From NCBI GenBank assembly GCA_010015585.1, contig ML975155.1: a stretch of DNA of 64,000 bases, one strand, 5' to 3'. This DNA comes from Eremomyces bilateralis CBS 781.70 (lineage: Eukaryota). The notes under the pieces were generated by a model, which saw only the letters and a list, made by a program, of their open reading frames with translations, did not search any database and was not told the DNA's origin. This document shows, one piece after another, positions 27,287 to 38,038 of this stretch; the first letter of the stretch is position 1; the number at the start of each line of letters is the position of its first letter. Made by a program: the position numbers and the translations under genes.

Positions 27287-29846
27287 CTACGCGCTCCCCG
27301 CATTCGCACTCTTAATATAATTCGTCAACACCACCATATCCTCCCGCAAATCCGGCCGTTGCTCCAGCACATGCCGCAGATTCATCAGCTGCTCGCGCGC
27401 CATCTCATGCAACTTCGGCGCCAGCTGCCTCACGACCGGCGCATCGAGGAACGGCGCCAGGATCTCCGCGGCCAGCGGGGGGAACGCGGGGTGCGCGGGC
27501 GCGGGTACGTCGCCGGGGGCGAAGGTGCCGGTGCCGGGGGGGTAGGAGGAGTCGGTGACGGGGGCGAGGAGGGCTGGGTCGCCTGGGGGCAGGCCGAGGG
27601 GTTTGGCGGTGTGGACAGCGATGGCGAGGAGAAGGGTGGGTTCGGGGCGGGGGGAGGGGAGGCGGTTGAGGTTGAGGGTTTGGAAGAGGCGGGGAAGGGG
27701 GGCGGGGCCGGCGGGGAGGGGGATGAGGTACATGTCGTTGACGGGGGGGTGGAAGGAGTCATCGGCGACGACGCCCCAGCGGTGGCGGTCGGTGAAGTAG
27801 CGGAAGACGTAGTCGTACCAGTGGCGATCGGTGTCGCGGGGACCGGGGGCGAGGCTGTAGATGGAGATGTCGGTGGTGTGGGAGGAGGAGAGGTGGTAGA
27901 AGTAGTCGTCGCCGTCTTTGACGCCCATGCGGCCGACGATGGAAACCGGGGCGGGGACGATGTCCTTCTCCGGGAACATCTGCAGCACGTTCGCGCCGGC
28001 GACGTGGCGTGCGAGGCCGAAGAACTTGACATCAGTGCCATGCTTGAACTCTCGGAAGAACGCGACAGATGGGTCTCTCGTCGCGATCGCGGCTACCTCG
28101 TCGAAACCGGACTCTTCGCCCTCATCGTCCTTGAGTAGGCGGTCCACATCGGGGTCCTCGACTTGGCTGGTAGGAGTGGGTTCTTGCCCGGGTGTCTTCG
28201 ATGGTCGTTGAACAGATTGCTTGCGAAATTGGCCTTGCCCTTGCTTGGGAGAGTGCACTGACGACCAGACCGCCCCGACATCGAACGACGACCGGTGGGC
28301 AGAAGGAGGGGTATCCTGTGGACCTGGAGCAGTCTGGAGAGCCGCGAGCTGAGGTTGAACAGCATCATCAGGCAGTTCTACGGTATTGGAGGCGTCGTCA
28401 TGGTCATCGCTGATATCCTTCATATCCTGATCCTCGTCTGGTCGTCTTCGCACTGGAGCTGACGGCGGAAGTGTTTCGTCACCGCGGTCCGCGTTGTCAT
28501 CTTCAATGATCTCTTCACCTTTGTGGGTCTTGCGGATCCTCGGGCGATCGTCTTGAACCAAAGTGGCCTGCTTATCAGCCTCGTCTTTCATCGCCCGCAT
28601 CTCTTTCTGCAAGTCCTCGCTGGCCATGTCATCCGACGACATGTCCGCCAGTTCCATGGGGCTCATCTCTCCTTGTAGTAACCGCTGAAACAGGGTGTGA
28701 TTCTTCTTGATATTGAACCGGATGGAGCGGAACTGCTCGCCGTAGAACGTATCTTGGCCTTGCAATTTCTTGCCGTAGAGAGCATACTCGATTTCCACGG
28801 CAAACCGTTCACCAACGCTATCGGCCGTCTCGCCGTCGGGAATGCGGTAGCCGTCCTTGGAAGCTTTGCGGATGAGATCCGAAAGGTCCCGATGGAGAAC
28901 TGAAGCCACCTTCTTCCGCTCGTCGCTCAGTTTATCGAGACCGCTCGCGACTGGTACGTTGTTTGGATCCGCGGACTCGGTTACTTCGACTGCGGACTTT
29001 CGCCGTTTGCTGGTGCCATTCTCCGCGGCATTGAGGGCAGAGGCACGGCGCTTCGCCTGAATGGGAGATTTTTTGTCCTGGACAGCGGTCTTGGTGTCCG
29101 CCGGCACTGCCGTGGGAGGCTGCGAACCCGATGAGTCTATGGGCTGGTTGGAGATAACTTGGTTGGTACGCACTGCAGATTGTACGGGACTATCGACCAC
29201 GCCAGGTTTCCGCTTCGGCGCAACATCCGCAACCGCCTTGGCCGTCTGCGACTTGTTCACAGAAGGCGACTCGACTTCACTCGGGGCTTGCGAGTCATCC
29301 TTCCCCTTCCTCCCTCCTCGCGACCTGCGTTTCCCTTTCTTCCGCTCGGCCGGCGGAATGATCCGCTCCCCACGAGCCATGAGATCGAGGAGCTCCTTGT
29401 GATCGTCGGGACGGCATTGCTCGCAGTAATACGTATCCGGACAAAGACTTTGGTCTTCCGGCAGGCCCATACAGGAATTGTGCTGCCATGCCTCGCAATT
29501 GTCGCAGCAGATCATCGTGTAGCCGCCTTCATCGTCGGTCGCGCCACACACGCAGCGCACGATCGCGTCCTGTTCCTCTTCTTCGGGCTCCGCATCCTCG
29601 GGTTCTTGCGACGCTTTCGCGGATTTCTTGCTGCCTCGTCGCTTGGTGGCGGGAGCGGGGGTTTCCGAATCGTGGTTTTTGGTGTGTTGGCCTTTCGTCG
29701 CACGGCCCGATCGACGCGGTTCCTCTGCAAAACATGTTGCATTAGCATGTTGTCTTCACCTTCGCGATGCGCGACAATGCGCCAGTGAATGATATCGCGT
29801 AGAGAAGGGGGTTGACAGTCACGCGACGGTTTAGCTTACCAGACAT
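27287..29846 (-). CDS. BYE1: Transcription factor BYE1 (PHD finger + TFIIS central domain + SPOC)
   Basis: PHD RCVCG..MICCDNCEAWQHNSCM..YYCEQC, TFIIS-M FRSIRFNIKKN..MSSDDMAS, and a SPOC-like C-terminus. Micro-exon ATGTCTG (29846-29840) splices to EEPRRSGRATKGQH. Confidence 0.9.
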
Positions 29847-30750
29847 GGTGTTCTTGGAACGACTTCAAAATCGAAGATTGGCAGCTTCGTCGCATTCGAA
29901 GCGACGAACACGGGATGGGTGGTAGGATGCGATTGAATTTAAGGAGGGTCCGCTACAGATGGAGAAGGCGGCGATAATCACAGATGCGCGACCAGTCACG
30001 GAGTTGTAAGTGAAGCTTGCTTTCCGCGACCCGGCAGGCGTGTAAAGACCGACTTCCACACTCGAGATAGCTAGTATGCCAATCCAACGCGTTGCCTTGC
30101 AGCTTCAGCGAAGTCCCTGATCCACCGATTGTGTAGTTTCCTTTGCACTGGGGGTGGTCGAGCTTGTCGAGCTTGTCAATTGCCAGGGAGCTCCGACCTC
30201 CGAGGGTGCGATCTCACCGAGAGCAGCTGAAGTGAGGGTGGAGTAGAATTCTGGAGGCGATGGTGATGGACAGTGGGGATGTGTTGTTTTACCTATGGGA
30301 GGTGTGGGAGGTTGAGAGGTTGAGAGATGGGGATGAAGTAGGAGATGGAAGCGCATGAGGCGAGGGGAAAGATGAATTATTTGCCGGGTGGAGAACTGAA
30401 GTGAAAGGGTTCACGACTCAGAGCGACGATTGGCGGGTGAGAGGAGAGAGGAGAGAAGGTGATGTGAAGGGAGGGAGCACGTGCACAGAGCTTGGCCTCG
30501 GGCCTTGGGGCCTAAGGCATAAACATAACTAATACATGTATTCATGTTGCCTTGGAACCTAAGGCACCAACCGGCATAGAGGAAACAACGACCGTGAACG
30601 ACCAACAGCTCTTACTTGATACATCCAGCTCCAAGACAGTGAATACACTTCAGCATTGACTCTTTGTAACCAGTTAAGGGATCCCAAGCGTGGTCTACGT
30701 CTCCAGCTGCCATAATCTCGCAATTCCCCATATTACCCCCCCCACTCGCA

Positions 30751-31449
30751 ATGGCAGACATCCAAGCCACCCACCGTCAGCAGCGCAAGACCCGCCCCCA
30801 GAAACAACCCCCCCAAGGCCTCGCCGCCCTCCTCCAAGCCGAACGAGACAACAAGAAGCGAAAAGCCCCCTCCGACGACAACGACGCGCCCACAGATTCC
30901 CGCAAGAAATCAAAAGCCGACGTACCAGCTTCTCCCCCCCAGGAGCGGAAGGAAGACGAGGCGGAAGCGGTGACCACCGCCGCGCCGATAGCACCAGCCC
31001 ACCCCGTCGACGAAGACGAATGGGCCGCCTTCGAACGCGACGTCGCCACCCCCCCACCGCAACTCTCCCCCACCTCCGCGCCCACCCACCCTCTCACCGC
31101 CCACGCGACGATCGCCGCCGCCCCAGTGACTGCGTCGGAGCTGACGGCGCAGGAGCGTGAGAAGCCGGCGGGGGAAATGCGGCGGCGGGATGCGGAGACA
31201 GCGGCGGAGCAGGAGGACGCGGTGGTGGCGTTGGAGGAGGAGTTTGAGGAGATGCGGAGGTTGGAGGGGCGGGTGAGGCGGTTGAGGGAGAGGAGGGAGG
31301 AAGTGAGGAGGGGGGTGGTGGAGGGGAGAGAAGTGGTGGAGGAGGTGGTGGTGGAGGAGGTGGTGGAGAAGGAGGTGGTGGAGGACGAGGAGGAAGAGGA
31401 TGAGGAGTATGATGATGAATGGGATAATTTGGGGTTTAGGCCAGGCTGA
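30751..31449 (+). CDS. Coiled-coil protein resembling fungal CCDC16/ZNF830 homologues
   Basis: 232-aa ORF with VDEDEWAAFERDV, ATIAAAPV, EEEFEEMRRLEGRVRRLRERREE and an acidic tail. Confidence 0.65.
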   Translation: MADIQATHRQQRKTRPQKQPPQGLAALLQAERDNKKRKAPSDDNDAPTDSRKKSKADVPASPPQERKEDEAEAVTTAAPIAPAHPVDEDEWAAFERDVATPPPQLSPTSAPTHPLTAHATIAAAPVTASELTAQEREKPAGEMRRRDAETAAEQEDAVVALEEEFEEMRRLEGRVRRLRERREEVRRGVVEGREVVEEVVVEEVVEKEVVEDEEEEDEEYDDEWDNLGFRPG

Positions 31450-31825
31450 TTAATATTGCTGGCATTGGAAGTCATAATCAATATCACTGGTGATGGGGGA
31501 GAAGGGAGCTACACGACGACAATCACGAACCGGATCTGCCATAAGATTCCTCGATTGTTGGCGAAGCAAAAAAGACAGTTTGTAGACCCCCGTCAGAGAT
31601 GCAAATGCAAGCCCCCAACAGACGCCGTTGCTATTTAAATAAAATAAAAAGGTACCGAACACAAGCCGGCGGGGCTTCACCGATTCCTCCTCACGTTCGT
31701 GTCTCATGGACGGAAGCACGCGCTCCGATCGGAAAAGATAAGGTACAGGTATCAAAAAGCGAAGTACGGATAAAGGAAATCGAGGGGGAGGGGGTTCCCC
31801 ACCCCGACGGTGACGGACAGCGCGG

Positions 31826-33196
31826 TCATATCGTTTCGACGTAATTGCTGCTTGCATCAATACACGTATTATAAAGTCTTGGAGTGGTTGAGCATACCTT
31901 GGGAACACCCCCTCTCTATCCCCTATCCTCCCCGTCCACCAGTCCGTTTCATTCTCCGTCTTCTTTACGATCGTGATGACCTCACCCTTCTTGAACCCCA
32001 AGTCCCCCGGCTGATCTGCATCAAACGTGAACTTCGCGATCGCCTGATTCGCCCCCAACGACGCCCGCTTCGCCCCGAACACCGGCTTCGGCGCTGTCGG
32101 CGGCGGCGGCTTCATCTTCCCGCCGAACCCGGTCGGTCTTGACTCCAGCCGATCGAACGTCTCGCTCGGGTTCGCCCGCCCCGTAAACGACCGGTTGACG
32201 CCCGCCGCCGGCGCCCGGTCGTACGTGTCGTCTTGCCAGGTGCTCGCGCGCTGCGGCTTGTCGCGGTACTCGTAGTCGTCGCCCGCCTGACCCCGATGGC
32301 TGCGTTCGCCTTCCCCGTACGCCGACCCGCGCCGTCCCTGCCACACAACGTCCTCGTGCGAGTCGTCGTACACCGGCACGTCGTTATACACCTCTGTGCC
32401 GCGAAGCGAGCCGCCCGCGCCCGAGAAGATGCGCGAGTTTAGCACCCGCATCAGCGGATCCGCCGACGGGGGCACCGGCACGCCGCCCTCCAGCAGCGTC
32501 AGCGCCGTCACCCGCCGATTATACAGCTTCTCATTCGCGTCTTTCCGCTCAATGATCACCGATCCCTCCAGCGATACTCCGGCGAACAGTCCCTTGGTCT
32601 TCGAATACGAGAACACCGCCGCCACGCTCTTCAGGCTCGCTGCCCCCGCTGCCTCCGCATTCCGCCCGACGGGCCCGGCGGCCAGCGACGCGTTCCCTCC
32701 GAGCGTTAGCGACCCGGCCTGCGCGAATGTCTTCACCGCCTTGGCGTCGTTGAGAATGAAGACGAAGTCGGTTAGCTCGAAGCCGATCTGGCCGCCGAAG
32801 CCGCCGCCGGCAGTGGCGATGGCGGAAGGGGCGGACCAGGAGCCGTCGGCGAGGCGGGCGACGACGACGCCAGAGCCGAAGCGGGCAGAGCCGAGGAAGC
32901 CGGCTTTGATGACGGTGAGGACGGCGAGGCCCTGGGAGAGGAGGGGGGTTAGTGATGTGGGATGAGGGGAGGGATGGGACGGTAGGGAGAGGGACATACC
33001 TTTGCATTGGCGAGGACGGCGGGCGGAATGACTTTGTCGGGACTGAAGGCTTGGCCTGGGTCCACGAAGGAGGTGAGGATCTTCGCGGCCTTCTTGCACT
33101 CACCTTCCGGAGGCTTCAGCTGGGGATTTTTGGAGGGGATCGGGGGACGGGGGACTTACTGTGCATGGACGACGGGAGAGGGTTGTTGATCCCCAT
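31826..33196 (-). CDS. YSC84: SYLF + SH3 domain actin-binding protein (YSC84/LSB3/SH3YL1), multi-exon
   Basis: Spliced start MGINNPLPSSMHSECKKAAKIL, then KAGFLGSARFGSG and GGQIGFELTDFVFILN. SH3 reads AKFTFDADQPGDLGFKKGE..DWWTG..GVFPSNYV. Confidence 0.93.
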
Positions 33197-33621
33197 GGTG
33201 GATGCTGTGCGGGAGATGTTCCGGCTAGGGAATTAGAAAGGATGGGGTTCAAAAGATACACAGTGAAGGAGACGGTCGACGGGTAGGAGTCGAGCGGGAA
33301 TGAGAATATGGATATAGAGTGGAGGGTTGATAGAGACAAGTTGGGCAACAGAGTGAGGTCAAGGATTACGTTCAAATGGCGGGGGTGTCGGCGTTGCGTG
33401 CGTGGCTTGCAGTCCGCATTGATGACAACGACAACACCCCACCAGCCGCAGCAGAAGACGACATATTTATTATTTTTGTCTCTTGGTGACGGATGCATTC
33501 CATACCGATGTCACAATTGTATGTATTGTCAACATATTTCCTTGGCCATGATCATGTTGAAGGGACGAAATTAACCCTTCACTTCCGAATCTGGTTGTAG
33601 ATACGGAATAGCCATCGGGTA

Positions 33622-33675
33622 AGTTCGAACCCCTGCCTGTTGGCCAACCACCTACTTGGCCAGTATCACCATCTT
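33622..33675 (+). repeat. Left TIR of the transposon
   Basis: AGTTCGAACCCCTGCCTGTTGGCCAACCACCTACTTGGCCAGTATCACCATCTT, the exact reverse complement of 35380-35433. Confidence 0.96.
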
Positions 33676-33724
33676 CACCACCATCACCAAACGCGTAATA
33701 TCTCAACCACCATATCGTATTACG

Positions 33725-35311
33725 ATGTCAAATTCAGAGGAGGTACTCCTACAGGCTATCCATGCCGTAGAGACCGGTCAATGCAAATCACAAAATGAAG
33801 CTGCGGCCCTATTCAAGGTCAATCGAGCTACGCTTCAAAACCGCCTCAAGGGCATGCAATCGCGCTCTACAGCTCAACAATCGAACCAACGCCTTACACC
33901 GGTGCAAGAGAGGTTTTTAGTCGACTGGATACTTGAGAGTGACGCTCAAGGATTCCCCCCTACCCACGCACGTCTGCGTGAAATGGCCGCGCGAGTTCTA
34001 GAGCTTCAGGGTGATTCTACACCCCTTGGGAAGAATTGGATACCACGATTTCTACATCGAAATCCACGCGTTGCGACGTGTGTTGGGCATAGTCTAGATG
34101 TCGTACGACGTCAGGCTGCAACCCAGGATACAATCAATGGGTTTTACGCGTATTTTCACCAAGTTCAGACACAGTACGATGTCCACCCTTCCGATACATG
34201 GAATATGGATGAAGTCGGTGTTGGAATGGGAATATGTGCTAATTCTACTGTCATCGCAGACTCGCAGAAGTCGACAGCTTATATCACGAGTCCTGAGAAC
34301 CGGGAATGGTGTTCTATCATAGAATCAGTCTCTGCGACCGGTCGCTATATCAAACCAACCATTATCCAGAAAGGCGCGTCCCTACAAGCTGCTTGGTTCC
34401 CTGAACAACCTCCAGACTTCCATTATGCGGTATCACCAAACGGCTGGACTTCAGATCAACACGCGTTGGTGTGGCTTCGTACAGTTTTCCTCCCTGAAAC
34501 CGCTACAGAGCGACGGTACAGGATCCTACTCATGGACGGGCACGGAAGCCACGCAACCGTCGATTTCCTATACGAATGCAGGATAAATGACGTGATTGTG
34601 GTCTTCCTACCTGCGCATACCTCCCACATCCTTCAGCCTCTCGATCTCGCCTGTTTTTCACCTCTGAAACGCTTCTACAAGGCCCTCCTCCGCCAAAGCG
34701 CGTATATCGACGAGGCGCTACCGATTAAACGACGAAGATTCATTGTCCTCTATGCTGAGGCGCGTCGGGCACGCCTAATTGACCGTACAATCAGATCAGG
34801 GTGGAAGGCTGCAGGTCTTATACCGTGGGACCCGTCAAAAGGTCTCAATAACCGGTTCGTGGTACCGCCCACGCATACCGAAACCGCATCCTCAATTCCA
34901 CGACCAAACACGCCTCCACGCACCCCAATACTAGTCGCCTCGGTCCTCCAGACGACGCCCTACAAGCCCAAACAAATACAAAGTGCATTGCGCGTTCTTA
35001 GCAAGAACACACGCGTGACGAAGTGGACGAAGGCCTACATAGGGAAGGCAGCCAAGGCAATCGGAGTGCTACAGGCGCGTCAGGCTGCATCAGATCTGAA
35101 AATTGCGAGTCTCCAGGCCCGTCTAGATGCCGCCTCAGCCCCAAAACGCAAGAAGAAGGTTCGGATAGATCCCAATGTTAAGTTCGCACAGATTAAAGAG
35201 ATCAAAGTAGCGCAAGAGGCTGTACGGCTTCTGGAGGCAAATACTATACTAGAACAGAGTATTCCCGTGGCTGAAACTATACCAGACGCTCCCCAAGATG
35301 CTGTACAATAG
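33725..35311 (+). CDS. Fot1-type transposase (HTH_psq + CENP-B-type HTH + DDE_1, DD35D), 528 aa
   Basis: AAALFKVNRATLQNRL; LGKNWIPRFLHR; NMDE; NGWTS; LMDGHGSH...LQPLD with 35 residues between the last two Asp. No stops. Confidence 0.95.
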   Translation: MSNSEEVLLQAIHAVETGQCKSQNEAAALFKVNRATLQNRLKGMQSRSTAQQSNQRLTPVQERFLVDWILESDAQGFPPTHARLREMAARVLELQGDSTPLGKNWIPRFLHRNPRVATCVGHSLDVVRRQAATQDTINGFYAYFHQVQTQYDVHPSDTWNMDEVGVGMGICANSTVIADSQKSTAYITSPENREWCSIIESVSATGRYIKPTIIQKGASLQAAWFPEQPPDFHYAVSPNGWTSDQHALVWLRTVFLPETATERRYRILLMDGHGSHATVDFLYECRINDVIVVFLPAHTSHILQPLDLACFSPLKRFYKALLRQSAYIDEALPIKRRRFIVLYAEARRARLIDRTIRSGWKAAGLIPWDPSKGLNNRFVVPPTHTETASSIPRPNTPPRTPILVASVLQTTPYKPKQIQSALRVLSKNTRVTKWTKAYIGKAAKAIGVLQARQAASDLKIASLQARLDAASAPKRKKKVRIDPNVKFAQIKEIKVAQEAVRLLEANTILEQSIPVAETIPDAPQDAVQ

Positions 35312-35379
35312 TCCTATGGTTTGAATTTTCAATATAATTACGTGGTGGTAGAGATGTCACGGTTTTCATGATGGTGGCT

Positions 35380-35433
35380 AAGATGGTGATACTGGCCAAG
35401 TAGGTGGTTGGCCAACAGGCAGGGGTTCGAACT
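35380..35433 (-). repeat. Right TIR of the transposon
   Basis: Exact reverse complement of 33622-33675, followed by TA. Confidence 0.96.
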
Positions 35434-36313
35434 TAGTTACAAACTACGAGCTTGCAGTGCGGTATCGATGGATGGCAGAGCGTGTTCATTATATTCCCTT
35501 ATCCGGGCGTTTGCAAGCAAGAGGATGCCTTTCCCTTCAGAAGTAGTCCCAGCAATTCCCAGTTAAATCTCCGAGCTTCGCCAATCTTTCTATTGTCCAT
35601 TATACATTCTATCAAGTCAGTTGTGTCCCATTGTATCATTGCAAAGCGTACCTTAAGAGGGGCATTTTTCTAGAAAACACAGTCACCCGTTGATTGACCA
35701 CATCAAAAGTCGCTGTGACCACCTGATAAGCTATCATGGATGCCTCTGGAATATGTCTTCCTGTTAGCAGAGATAGAGTCTACGGCATATATTGGTTCAC
35801 TGAGGCTAGGGACTAGCCAGCAACCTGAAAGAATACCCATTTACCTTTCCAATCGAACCAATATCTCGATCGGCCCATATCAGAAGAAAAATTTCCGGGG
35901 TTTTCGATCCATTCAGACCTTGATGCCGTGTTCTCGACTAAGCCATGTCATAGTCTAGAGAGCATGATACATAGGCAGTCCCAGCCGAAGGTATGCTCAC
36001 GAAATGATACGGATAGTCATCCACAAGTTACCGACGCCGAGGACGAGGATTATAATGGGTATGTAAACGGCGTCGGCAACTCCAAGTAAACATGGAAAAT
36101 GCAGGAGATGTATATATTCATCTTCTCCAACGCAAGTAGGCCAACGAGGTAACCGAAAAAGAAAAAGGGACAGTCTTCGTCCAGATGATTCGCCCTCGCA
36201 GGGAATCTGATGAGTGCATATTCCTGGGAAATAGTGACGATAATGACTGAATATGCCATGAAAGAGTGTATCTGATGAAATTTCCCGGGGACAAAGTTCC
36301 CTAAGCATAATAC

Positions 36314-37313
36314 CTATGCATTCTTCTTGATCGCCTCTCCTACAGCGTGCTCCAGTGACTCCGTATCCGGGTCCCCAATCAGTGCATTGTCTCTCGGCCT
36401 ATTGTACAACGTGCCACCCTCCGTCCATATCCGCCGGAGCGTATAGAGCGTAGCGATGGGGTTTCCCGCGCTCCAAAGCTGCTCTTCCCGCGTCTTCAAG
36501 TCCTCCAGTGGCGTGTACGAGACTTCCCATTTCGAGTCGGTCTGGCGCTCGTACTCCGCGAGGATCTCCTTCGGGGTAGTGACGAAGGAGTTCACAATGA
36601 GGGCGCGGTTGCGGGAAGCGTCAGGGTGCTGGATTGCTGCAACGAGCAATTTACCAACACTGTCGCACGCGTTAGTTCGCCGCTTTGTATCTACCAGAAA
36701 GCCATAGAGCTACTTACTCCGACATCGTCGTCAGGGCAATCTTCTCATTGCCAGTTCCCAGCAGCACTGCTTTCTTCCTCTGCACGTCAAATCCACCGGC
36801 CTCGATATTGCCATTACTCCTACCGATATACAAGTCCGAATAGGGCCCCGTCACCAGATACGTATATTCCAGCCTCTTCACCTGCTCCCTGATGAACCCC
36901 CTCACCTTCAGCTTCTGCTGATGCGGCTTCTCCCCAGCCGACTGCGGCCCAAACTCGATATCCGTCCCATATTCTGACGGGAAGAACCGCCGAATATTCG
37001 GCGTCGCCTCGGCGATGCGGATCAGCTCGATCTGGTCGGCGATGACGTTCCGCCCGACCGCGCTCACCACGGTGTCGAAGCCTGCGTAGGCGTCGCGCAC
37101 GTCGCTCTCGCTGCGCACGTCTCCGACGATGACGTCGACACCTTGGTCTTGGAGGGATTTGATTTGGGCGGGCTTCGTCTCGACGGTGTTGGCGGAAGTG
37201 AAGATCCCGAGTCGGCCGAGCGAGGGTTTGGAGTCAACGAGGGCGGCTGTGATGAAGCGGCCGATGACGCCGGTGGCGCCGAAGATGAGGACTTTAGGTG
37301 CTTGAGAAGCCAT
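36314..37313 (-). CDS. NmrA-like / isoflavone-reductase-family NAD(P)-binding protein (intron ~36660-36717)
   Basis: Rossmann motif [11 protein letters not shown], plus [11 protein letters not shown] and KPHQQKLKV. Two ORFs are joined by a canonical intron. Confidence 0.9.
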
Positions 37314-38038
37314 AGTTTGGGGGATTATCGCTTCGCTTCTTGATGGCTTTATAGCTCGTTAATACGTAGTTGATTTGGGTGGAGAAGTATGGAATCGGTA
37401 TGGTAGCACGGAGTACGCCCTACTGATTTCCAAGCATATCGAGCGTTGCATTGAATGGGATCGTAGAGCGAATCCTACAGCTGCCCGATCCCAAGTAATT
37501 GGTGCTTAACGCTAAGCTGTCAACTACTGTACAACCAACCTGAAGGAAATGCGATGACGGAATAGTAGCAAGGGTTTGGCAATAATATTTGAGCGGAATA
37601 AATAGGAGAAGCATCACAGCACATGACTGAACTCCCTATCCCCTCTGTTCTTCACGAATTCTAGCAATTAACAAAGCTTAAATGAGCTACAGATGTAATT
37701 CAATACGGAATATTATTGGGATACCTGTACCTTCTTCTCATCCGCCATTAGAGTCGTATATCTACCGACCTAACTAGGTACTCCTCCATGGAGCTACGGT
37801 GAGTGTGTGTGAGGTTCAATGGTAGTGAAGATGTGAATGGGTTGATCATCGAATTCAACACTTAGCAAACGGCAATATTAGGTAACCGTCGACTTACTCG
37901 CATTTGCTATGCCCTCTTATTCTACATCTCGTTTGCCATAATGCGTCAAGACAACGACTATCCATAAGAAGTTCTCGACGTACATGTCCGTCTATGCAGC
38001 TTCTCACAGCCCGTCTCGCATCACCCATTCTATCCCGC

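Larger units (their letters stand above)
33622..35433 (+). mobile_element. Intact Fot1/pogo-family (Tc1/mariner superfamily) DNA transposon, 1812 bp
   Basis: Perfect 54-bp terminal inverted repeats, TA on both flanks (33620-33621, 35434-35435) and an internal transposase ORF. Confidence 0.96.

Noticed and set aside
27359..28138. Long antisense/alternate-frame ORFs over GC-rich genes (also 11487-12311, 24217-25230, 30777-31487, 37904-38632)
   Set aside because: Shadow ORFs arising from high GC and codon bias of the real genes; low complexity, no motifs.
31450..31880. C-terminal extension of the 549-aa ORF beyond the SH3 domain
   Set aside because: Read-through of an intron; splicing restores GVFPSNYVETI* ending at 31826.
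33571..33580. TTAACCCT, resembling a piggyBac end, near the transposon
   Set aside because: No matching inverted partner or piggyBac transposase was found.
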